A DNA stretch of 64,000 nucleotides. It comes from a virus (taxonomy: Duplodnaviria > Caudoviricetes). Within the stretch, counting starts at the first letter, position 1; each line of letters opens with the position of its first letter. The notes under the pieces were generated by a model, which ran no database searches, was not told the origin of the DNA, and saw only the letters and a list, made by a program, of their open reading frames with translations. This document shows positions 34,613 to 46,600 of this stretch, piece after piece. The stretch lies in the IMG/VR virus record IMGVR_UViG_3300037400_001617. One strand, given 5' to 3'. Both the position numbers and the translations under genes were made by a program.

Positions 34613-37600
34613 TTAGTTCTTAGCTATCTGATATACTGCAGATGATATGTCCTTACCTGTAGAGTTGTTGAGTATAGAGTTGAGTGCTGTGATTGGAGCT
34701 GATGTGTTTGAATTGCCACCTGCCGCAGTGATAAGCTTAAGAAGATCAGCAGTTGTTGTATCTCCATTCTTAGCAGCAGTGTTAGCTACGATAGCAGCAA
34801 GAAGCTGAACTATTTGTTCGTTTCTAGCACTGTTGTCTGCTATAGTCTTGAGGATATCTACCACTGATGTAAGTTCCAGATTGATTGTAGATGAGGATTC
34901 AGATATACCGCCTCTACCCATTCCAGAGTTAACTGGTGTAACTACAGCATCACTACCGTTGATTTTGATATTAGTCTGAGGGACAATATTACGTCTAGCG
35001 GTATTGTGTACTGCATCTGCATAGATACCTGTCTGAATCAGCTGAGGATTTCTGCGGTTGTCTTCTGATCTCACCTTTATGAGTTTACGTCTCTGTGATT
35101 GTTGCTCTGCACCGAGAGTATTATAGATCTTCTTATTAGCAGACCTCATTCTCATAGCAAGTTCAGCTCGTCTTGATTGGCTAACTCTTTCGGGTGCCTT
35201 ACTTCTAGCCGTACCGAACTTGAATTCAGACATGCTAATCTTAGGAGCCTTTCTACCCTGACCAGTGAAGAGGTGTGATTCGTATTCCTGATACTCTACG
35301 ATATCATCGTTCGGGAAGCCCATGATATAAACTTCAGGGTTGATGAATGTACCATCGGACTTCTTGATACCGAAGTGAAGATGTCTACCTGTAGAAGAAC
35401 CAGTATGACCACCTATACCGATTGGTGAACCGATATAAACTTGAGCATTCTCCTTGATGTCTTGATGAATTGCGTTAAGATGCATGAACTGATAGATGTA
35501 TCCGTCAGTACCAGTGATTTCAACATAGTTACCAGCTCCTCCGCCATCGCTAGAACCAAGACAACCAGTGTTTGGAGCATAACCGCTTGTAACGTGTGTA
35601 ACAACACCATCACAAAGTGAGTATACTGTCCAAGCTTCATCTGAGTCGCCGCTTGCGAGAAGGTCAGTACCATTGTGTCCGTTAGGATGAACACCATCGT
35701 TATACCAACCAAATCTACACGAGCATCTAAACGTACCTCTAAACGGAGCAACGATTTCTCCATTAAAGTTAGTATTGACGTCTCCTGGAACTCCACTGCT
35801 CATACTTGCTCCATCTTCCTCTGATGCTGTGTCTCCGAAGAGAGCATCGTACAGAGGTCCGAAGAGTTTCTTAGATGCAGTGATAATATCGTTAGATATA
35901 ATGCTAAGTAATGATTTGCTACCAGATGATGCTGCTGAAGAACTGCTTGAAGTTGATGAAGAAGTCTTACTGTCAGATGATTCATCTTCCTTGATTTCTT
36001 TAGCTATCTCTTTAGCAGTACGCTTATCTTGTATTACAGTACCATATTTGTCTGGGAATCTGTTTCCCTTATTGATATGAGCACCATATACAACTTCGAA
36101 TGCTTCAGCATCGCTCTTACCGACATTCTTATTAGCTCTGAAAGATTCAGCCATCTTATACTGAATTTCGGCCTTATCGAGATCGTCTTTGATTCTCTTA
36201 TAAGCTGCGTCGTATGCTGGTCCAGTTGTATTAGCGAATGCACCTCTATGATGCTTGAGTTCATTCATTTCATATAAACGCTGCTTGTAAGCCCTAGCAG
36301 AATCTCTGTAATACGATTCATAGTCGTAACCATCTGTTCCCTTACCGAATCTACTGAGTATTCTATTAGCTTTGCTCTTACCCTTACCTGTGCTGTCTGA
36401 ATCGCTCTTACCATTGACGATGAGCTCGTACAGTATCTTAGCATTCAGTCTTCTGAGACGATCATAGATCATATTCTCAGAGTAGCTAACTCCCTCAGAG
36501 TTTCTACCATTCCAGTCACCTGAAACCTCGAATACTCTTTCGAAGTTAGCAGCTGCAGATTCAGGATCTGAGAGCTTCTTGAATTCCTCGAATGAACCTA
36601 CTGGAGTAAGTCCCTGAGATGCAAATGAAGGACTAGCATTAGCAGGATTAGACCAGTTGCCGCCATTCATGATCTCATATTTAGCGTGTTCAAGGTTTGC
36701 TTCCCAACTCCATACATCACCAGCAAAGCCATTATCTCTAGCCCAGTTTTCATGCTTTGAACCAGGAGTCCACTGCATGATACCGCCACCATAATAGATA
36801 ACACCCTTAGTAGCAATATTCCTAATAGAGTTGATACCACATTCCTGTTCCCAGTTACCAATAGCTCCACAAGCTGCCGCAGGACTAAGTCCGCAATCAC
36901 CTGTAAGCATAGCGTAGAGTTCAACCTCATCATCGGTAATAGAGATTGTGTGGGTATTTCCAACATCGTCTGTCAGAGTAAGGCTCTTGCCCTTCATCTT
37001 GGAAGCATCACCAGGATTACCTCCAACAGAACCAGATGTACTACCCTTTTTAGTGCTAGAAGTGCTGAGTATATTCCTGAGAATCTTACCATAAGGTACA
37101 AGTATAGCGTTAGCTGTATTGGAGATGAACTTCGAGAGAAGTGTTTCTTTACCCATACCTGTAGTAATCTTAACAGAACTGTTAGCCAGTGTAGAAGCAA
37201 GGTCGTAACGGTCACCACTTGTTCTCGATTCAGAATCTTCAACAATGAGTTTACCGTTTCTATCGATTCCTGTAGCTACTACGTAGTGAGACTGACTACC
37301 ATAAGGAGTGCTACCACTATTGCTAGAGTCATTACCCATCAGAACGACAGGATTACCGCTAAGCAGTGATTTCATAACACTCTTGTTGCTAGATGTAACG
37401 TTAGCAGGTATACCCTTCTTAGCAAGATAGTCTGTGAAGAATGCAGGGTATGTACCGCCATTAACTTCCTTATAGTTGTTGTTCATTGCATATCTGCCAG
37501 CTTCAGTAATATTGGCATCTTTGATACCAAACCTTCTAGCTACTGTAGCTGCAGCTGCAGGACCACAACCAGAATCAGCAAGTGTTTGTTTAGTAGAATC

Positions 37601-40600
37601 TCCCTTAGTAGAGTAAGCTGCGTTATAGTTTCTCTGATAGATATGATCTGGATCATATGTACCGTTACCATAACTGTCATCATTACCCATACCGAAGATA
37701 CTCTTGATCTTACTTATACCGCTCTTAATGGAAGAAGAAAGTTTTGCGGTGAATGATGTGTCTGACTTAGTGTCTTTTCCAGTAGATGAAGACGAAACCT
37801 TAGTTGTCTTGATATCTCCCTTATCGTTGCTCATTGAGTTGGTAACGTTTCTCATTGTATTAGATACAATAGCAAACGGTGCCTTGATTACTCTTTCCAT
37901 GAGTTCCTTCAGAGAGAACATTGAGTCTGCTATTCCTGCATTTGTATCGCCTCTTACTTCCCAGAACTTTGAGTCAAGAGGAGTAAGTACACCATCGTTA
38001 ATCTTCTTATCAGTAGCAGCATTCTTCGAGATAAGACTCCTGAATGCTTTTCCGATATTAGATACTTTTCCGAATGCACTATTGAGTCCGTTCTTTATAG
38101 AACCTTGTATTGTTCCAGTAACGTCACTAATAGAAGTTTCTCCAGTAAGCAGACCCTTTGCAGTTCCAACCATACCTTTAAATCTATCCATCATTCTGGA
38201 TGGAGCACTCTTAATTCTTTCGAGACCTCTGCGAGGAGCTCTCTTAATATACTCCATGACGTCTTCAGGATCGATATCTACACCGATTCTATCGAGTATT
38301 TCTGCTGGAATCCTATACATATTCTGATCAGCACGAGCATTGAACCAACCAGTTACAGTGTTCCATGCTTTCTTTGCGTGTTTCTTGACGCCCTTACCGA
38401 TTTTGGAACCCTTATCTACTATCCAGTCTCCAGCATCCTTGGCTTTCTTACGAACAGATTTTACTGCATCTGTATTCCAAACATCAGTAGCTGAGTCTTT
38501 AATCCAGTTTCCTATAGCCTTAGTGTCGCTCTTGGTCCAATCTATAGCCTGAGTAAACGCTTTCTTAAAGTCTCCGTTCTTGATATTGGTCAACTGTGTT
38601 TTCGCTCTACCAGGAATGCTTGTGATGCTGTTGATAAGTCCATTACCAGCTTTATCAGCATAGCTCCATAGTACACGATCCAACTTGTTCTTCTCTCTTG
38701 AGTAGTTATACTCTTCAAGAGACATATCTGTACCGTGCTCTTCGTTATATGCCTTTATGAACTCATTAGCCTCTTCCTGTCTTCTAATGTACTCATCTTC
38801 AAGACCGCATTTAGCTATAGACTCAAAGAGATGAATACATGCCATTACACACTGAGATGGGCTAAGAACCATTACCAGTCCGCTAAGAACTTTAGCAAGA
38901 CCAGCAAGCTGTCTATCTACACTGTCTATTTCATCTGGAGTAACTTGGAGAATATCTGCTGCTTGAGTTTTACCCTTTGAATAGTCTATAAGCATGATTG
39001 CTACTTCTACTACTGCTCCTACAATCTTTCCAGCTATAGTAACACTCTTCTTAGCACATCGCTCAGCGACTTCCTTAGCAGCCTTTTCAGCACCTTCTTC
39101 GATACCTTCCTCAACACCCTTGGATGTGATTTTCTTACCGAATTTAGCTGCAATGTTATCGGCTAATTCCTTGAACATTGATCCTTCTCCAAAGAACTTC
39201 TTGAATGCTTTCTTGATAAGTCCTGTAAGTTTTGAGAGAACACCTTTTTCAGCACCCTCAGTAATAGCTTTTTTAGTTCCCTTTTCGGTAGCTTCTTCAG
39301 CCATTTCTTTAAGTACTTTCTCTCCGCCTTCTTTAGTGACTTTCTCTACTGTCTCACCAGCTACTTCCTTAGCAGCCTTTTCAGCTACTTCTTTTTCCAT
39401 CTTAGTGATAGCACCCTTGGTGGTCTGTTCTATACCTTCCTCGGCTACTTCCTTGGCATTTTTCCTGAAGATATCCTTGACGTTCATACTGAGTACTTCA
39501 TCAAGGCCCTTGTCTTCTATCTTAGCAGCAAGCCTATTGATGAGTCTATTCTTCCAACCCATCTTAGCTCCCCACTTACCAGCTTTATTTGTAGCTTTGC
39601 CGACAGCTTTTCCTTCGGTCTCGACTACTCTACCAGTCAACTTGCTAAACTTGCCAGTGAGTCCAGGAATCTTTCCGAAAGTTTTTCGTGTAAATCTTCC
39701 AGATTTCTGAAGTGCTCCACCTATTAACCGAGCAGCAGAACCATGTAATCCTCTATAAGAAGAATTCTGAATGAGTGCATCTTTGATGAAAGTGCTAAGG
39801 AATCTGTTTCCTCTGCTTTGACGTTGTGCATTAGATTCATCGGCAGCAACCGCATCGATCATATTACCTTCTTCATGTGCACCCTGCCATGACGCATTAT
39901 CTTTAAGATTAATATCTTTATGAGCAAATTCTACTATGTCTTTTCGATCATAGATATTACCGTAGTCATCTTTACTGTATGCTTTAGTGTTCCCTTTGTT
40001 GTGCAGTATCTCTACGCCAGACAAATCGGTTTTCTTAGCTCCAGTAAGATCTTTTTCCTTAACGTCAGTTTTAGGTTTAGGAATATCTGAATCTTGAGTT
40101 GAACTGTAAGAACCTGCCATTTTAGCAAGATCTGATCCTATTGGTGAAACAGAAACAGAGTTGAGTGAGTTGATTTCGCCCTGTTGTGAGATAGCAAATA
40201 GTGTCTTCTGTCCAGTGAATGGGTTTGTTACGCTATGAACTGACTTAGCATTTGCCAGAAGAGCCTTACTCTGATTATCTAAGTTGGTATTGCTATTGTT
40301 ATACTCTGTCGCCATGTTCATGATGGCACGAGTATCATCTTTGTAAGCACCAGGTTTAGTTTCTGTATCACCCTTAATGACGTTAGCAGCACCCTTAGCT
40401 ACGCCCTTAGCAATTGTTCCCATGAGCGGTATAGCATTTTCAGCTACTGTTTCTACAGCTTTTCCGATAAGATTAGAAAGGTCTCCTCCAAATGATTTGA
40501 GTATAACTGGAAGTTTAGTCATGATTGCATCCGCGCCAATCTTCCAGAGATCTACGAATGAATGAAGGAATCCTGAACTTCCTTTATCTGGAGCAGAGTA

Positions 40601-43600
40601 TTCACCCTTATTAAAGATCCAGTCCTTAACTCCCTTGAAGAAGTTCTTTACCTTAGCAAGTGCGGGAGATATCATGTTAGCGAGACCGCTGAATATACCG
40701 CCTTCCCACTTTTCTACAGGATTTCCGTCTTCGTCTGTATATGAGTTCTTCTTACCCAAGAAGATAGGACCAAGCTTATCCTTAAAGAAAGGTACCAGAT
40801 GTTCTTTAGCCCATGGTTTGATAAACTGCTTATAGATTCCAGTAAGCAGAGGAGCAAATATAGCAACCTTAACTGCACCAGAGATAAGTCTCTGTATTAA
40901 GCTCTTGCCCTTCTCCTTGATATTACCTACTTTATCCTTAAGGCTTTCCTTGGTATTACCCTTGATCTCCTTAAGTTCAGCAAGCATTTTGGAGAATACA
41001 CTGTTCTTTTCGTTGTCTTGAGCATCCTTTGAACCCTTTTCAGAGTTCTTGTTGCCAGAGAAGAAGTTCTTAATTGACCTGATAGGATGGAATCCGTCAG
41101 AAACGAATGCGTTAGTGTGGATAGTATTGGTGTTGTTATTGAAGAAAGTCTCTGCTGTATCGAGGAGACTCTTAATCGACTTGATATTGAGAATCCTGTC
41201 TATCAGACCAGAGTAGTCTTTCTTTCTTTTCCGCTGCATGTCGGAAAGTTCTTTTCTGTATTTCTTATCTTCGAAGTCTGGGAAAGCTACTTTGATGTAG
41301 TCTCTAAATCCATCTATAGTGAATGGATAAACTACACCCTTATACTTAACTCCGCCGTTTCGATCTTTATACTTTCTCTTGAAAGTGTCATACATTGTCT
41401 TTATAACTTTTTCAAGAGTACTATGACGCTTTGTTATGTAGGCATCATCTGTTATTGTAAGAATCTTACCTTCCTTATCAACGTCGTCTTGTTTGTCCTT
41501 ATTACTTGCAGAGTAGTCTTGGTTTTCGCCAAGCCAGTTTGCTAAGTCGTTTGCACCAGTTCCTAATCTATTAAACAGACTACCGACTATTGGTACATGT
41601 GAAGCTACTGAACCTGCTAATCCTAAAGTTCTAGCGCCAAGTTTAGCAACTCCTATACCTCTACGGAGAAGGAAATTGTTTCTTCTTCTAGTGCCACCGA
41701 AGTCATCTGCATCTGCATTTCCTCCAGCAGAAGAATTTCTGAGATCATGTTCACTCTCCATTTCGGCTAATGCTCTTAACCTAGCTTCCTCTGCAGTTAT
41801 ACCAGGATTCTCAGCTTTTATTCTGCTGTATCTTTCTCTTACTTCTCCCTTGAGACCGCTAGCTTCAGCTAAACCACTTGTAACTTTAGCTCTGTCTCTA
41901 CGGATTCTTTCCATAAGATCTTTATCGTCAGTATAACCTACCTGAGACTTGATAGTATCAATCTCGTAGTCAGAAAGCATACTAACGTCAGCATATCCTC
42001 TAGCCGCTGCATAGTCTGCTTTAGCTTTATTGAATGCTTGATCACGCTTAGCCTTCTCTGAGTTGAACTGGTCGTTTGTATCTTTATACTGATAGTAAGC
42101 ATCCCATATAGCCTTACCGATCTTATCTGGGAGATCTGCGATCTGATCAGAGATAACTGCTACATTATTCTCGATCTTACCCTGTGGTGTAGCTATACCG
42201 TCTTCTGCTTCCTGATGATACTTTGCTTTGTATTCTGTGTGGAAGTTCTTTCTAAGCTTTTCGAGACCCTTCTTGTTCTTAAGGAACTTCTCGCTTATAC
42301 CAGCCTTCTTAAGATTCTCAAGCATCTGCTCCTTGCTAGTATTCTTGAATACTTGCTGCTGTTGCATAATGCGTTGTGTATCTTTCTTAAACTGGTCGAG
42401 AAGTTTAAGTATAGCCTCTTGATCAGACTTATCGAGAAGTGTTCTTCCGTCTTTACCCTTAGCTTTACTCTTGATAAAGCTCTGAGCAGCCTTGAAATCT
42501 GGAGCTGGATATCTGAGCATCTTAGTCAGTCTACCAGCATCAGCAGTATTCATATACTCAAGAAGTGAGTTAGAGAAGTCGTTCTTAGCCTGATTATAAC
42601 GGTCTCTGTATGGATCGCCAGTGGTCAGTGCAGCAAGCTGAGCTTCTATATCGCCTATCTGAGTAGAAGTTCTGTCTCTAGCAACGTCTGCTATATTAGT
42701 ATCAAACTCAATACTTTCTTTATTCTTGAATCCTCTACCTCTCATCATAGCATCGAAACCAAATCCGAACTTATGTTGATCTCTATACTGAAGTCTCTCT
42801 TCAGCAGATTTATTGTAAGCAGTACCTCTACGTATACGTCCTCTTTCAAGTCTATTGCCCACACTCTTAACCATATGAGCTCCAGCTATGAATGGAGATA
42901 ATGCTATGGTACCGCCAACCTTAACTGCTCCACCTATCAGTTTCTTAAGAGGATTCCTAAGGAAATCTGTTATACGAGCAGCAAGATTTTCTCCGAATAC
43001 ATTCTCGAAGTGTTTTCCTATCTTCTCAGCGAATGTATCCTTAATGTCTTGAGCAACGTTCTTAAAGGACTGAGCTATAGACTCTGCACCTTCCTTGAAA
43101 GGTTTGATTACCCAATCCTTAACCTCTCCAATGAGGCCGCCTTCACGTTTCTCTTTACCATTCTCGTCCTGAACCTTTTCACCGAATATAGCACTCATAG
43201 TGCTTTCGATAAGATCACGACCGAAGTTTGTAAGAGGATTGATGGCTTTCTTGATAGTACCTACAACGCCACCCTGTTTCTTTCCGTTAACTTCCTTACC
43301 AAAGATGAACTCTTTGAACTTGTCAGTTGAGGTTACCATACCAGCAGCACTACCAAGTAATGCGCCAGGCAGTATTCCTATAGGACTGAAGACTGCACCA
43401 GCAAGTGCACCTAATCCTATCTTAGGAAGTTTCTGTTTGAACTTTTCCTTATCTCCAAGGAGACTATCCTCACCAAAGATAAGACCGTCAAACATTCCTT
43501 CGTGTTCAGCGATTCCTGCAGCTCCTCCGAGGAGTATACCTGCAAGAGGTCCAAGCGGTGTAACAAGACTAAGTGCTCCTCCCAGGAGTGCCCCTTTACG

Positions 43601-46600
43601 CATACTTGGGAATGCCTTTTGGAGCTCTGTAGAAATAAGTCCAGTATCATCTCTTTCGCCATTCTCTCCAAGATTGCCGAACAGTGCATTAGCAAAGCCA
43701 TTAGATCTCTTAGAAAGTCCTGTAGCTATACCGAGTCCAGCACCGAGAAGTGGTACACCAAGTAATGCACCAGCAACTCCGCCGATACCAGCTTTAGCAA
43801 GATAATCTGTAGCAACGTCTACCTTTTCTCCATTGTTAAAGAAGTCAAGGATAGATTGTCTGATCGACTTTTCATCTGTATCAGTTCCTTCAGATGCGGT
43901 AGCATTAGCCATAAGCTTGTTGCGATACTTACGCTCTGCAGTATACTGTCTAGAAGCTGTAGAAGGAGATGCAGGGTTGATTACTACATCGCCCTTAGAG
44001 AGTCCATAAACTCCCATCTTAGGTACAACACCAGAACCTCCACGACCCATAACGATTTCGCCAGGGGAGAGGATAGATGTCATGTTACTCTTAGCTACAC
44101 CACCGTAAGCAGCACCGCTAAGATTTAAGTTGTCAAGAATCTGTTCTTCTTCGTCTCTGTTATCTCCTATAGGATTACCGAGAGCTTCTGCGATCTTCTT
44201 TAAAGGACCAGTTATCTTTTCGAGTGTTGGTCCTATAACCTTGGATAATGTTTCGGAGATTTTCTTTTCTCTTTCTTCCTTGGCTCTTTCTTGCTCAGTT
44301 ACTTCTGGAGAAGGCTGTGACTCTGAGTTAATGGTAGGATTGAGGAAGCTGCTATCTATAACTGTATCGAAGTTATTGTTTCTACGTATTCTAAGTCTTT
44401 GAAGCTGTCTTTCCTTTTTCTGAGCCTCAGTCTCACCATGCATATAGCGATCAGCATATTTGTCAAATACTTCTTGTCCATCTCCACCAACATCTGCTTT
44501 CATCTGCTTATAGTTGATATTGTGACTCATAATGAACTGAACGTACTTATCTGCTTCAGCATCATCTGCTCCCTTGAGAGTAAGTGCATTTCTACACTTG
44601 TCAAGGAATCTATCATCTTTGCTTCCTCTATACTGGTTCTTAAGGTTCATGATCTTACTACGTTGCTCATCATCAACCTTAATTGTGTTAGTTTTCCTCC
44701 TGAATCTGTTTTTGACTCTATTGAAGTCAGTAATAGGAAGACGATCAGTTCTTTCGTTAGTGAAATAATGAATTACAGATTCTTGTCTTGCTGCGTCATT
44801 GTAAGACATATTCACTGAGGCTGCCCACTTGATATACTCAGTACCGAATCCAGTTATTTTCTGGGTTGTGTACTTTACAGGAATAAGACTTGGGTTGAAT
44901 GATGATTTAACGATCTGTCTTATAGCCTTCTTTTTGTCTTTGTTATTGTACCATTCGCTACTAGAAGAATCAGAAGAGCCAGAAGAATCCGATGATCCTT
45001 CCTCATCATCTCTATCTCTATTTCTTCCAGTAAGGTCTCTAAGATCACGCCTGGCCATTTCAATTACATCGTGAGCGTTAGACCTGGTACGATCCCACAA
45101 GCCTCCTAATATTCCTCCAGTTCTAAAGCCTTCTCCATCAGCTTTACCAAGAATAGCCTCTTTAAGTTGGCCTAAGAAACTGTCTGGAGCAAGAAGCTTT
45201 TTGACTACATTACGTTGCCACCATCCGTTCTCGTCAGTAAAGAATTTTTCTAACGTAGTACCAATTCTGTTAGTGAGTTCATTAAATCCATCGGTGAACT
45301 TCTGTTGAAGCATTCCGAACAGACCTTCCTCTTCAACTGTTTCACCGTCTTTGTTTTTCATCTTGAAAGCATGCTTGAAGAAGATATCATGAATGAGAGC
45401 TTCGGTGCTTACCATAGCATCTGTAGCATACTGCCATGGCTTATCTGCAAGGCTCTTCATATATGCTCTAGCAAGTAAGAGCTTAGCCTTACCACCCTGA
45501 GCAGCCTTCATCTGTTCCTTAATATCTTTTTCTTTATCGTACTTGACAGATCGAGCATTTCTCTTTTCATCAGATGTGATAAGACCCCACTCTTCAAGTA
45601 CGTCGAACATGTCTTTCTCATTGGCTTTCTCTTGTTTCTGACGCTCAGCTTCATCTCTCTTGAATTCTTCAGTGATGTCATTGAGGACAGAACCGAACTG
45701 GCTTCTTACATTATCGGCATCAAGATCAACTCTGTTAGGACGTCTGAGTTTTCTATTGTAACGCTTATCGCCAGCTTTACGATACTTCTCATTTTGTTCC
45801 CATTTAGCTAACTCTTCCTGATAACGTCTTTCAAATGCCTTTTCGTCATTCGCTTTCTGTTTACTATATCGATGCTCAAGTCTCTTCCAATCAAATTTTT
45901 CTTTGGTCTCAAATGTCATGGGATCACTGGATGTGCTAGCATCATTGGGATCTCCTCCACCAAGCAATATAGAGAAAAGTCCGTTGTTTCTGATTCCAGC
46001 AAGATCAAGTTTGATATTCTTGAGATAATCAAAGATAGTATAACCATATTGGTCAGTGGTCATAGCTATAGCCTTAGCAGTAGGTGAATTCATTATAGAC
46101 TTCTGGTCATAATCACCATACTTATTCTTAAAGCGTTCGAGCCACTCGCCACTGTTCTTATTGATATCGATACCCTCCGAAGCAAAGAGAAGCTCAAGAG
46201 CAAGAGGATTGTTTCCTGTATCATTTCTCTTGTCAGCATTTCTCTTACGAGATTCGAAGACACTCTTGATTGTATTAGCAAGAACAACAGTTACATCGTC
46301 TCTATTAGTCAGTATAGGACTACCATTAGACCAATCAAGACCAGCAACTCTTTGCTGTTCTCTGTCACGTTCTGCAGTACCGTTACCATATCTCCAGTCT
46401 CTCTTCTTAGTATAACGATATTTATACTTAGTCTCTTGGAAACTCTTCTGGATGAACTGAGCTATGTTTTCATCAATGCCGTATTCTCTAGGATTACGAA
46501 GCATATTGAAGTCTGGGTTTTCATAGAAAGCGTTAGCAAATGCAGTAAGTCCCTTAATGAACTTATCTGCGTCTTGCTTATTCTTCATAATCTTATTGAA

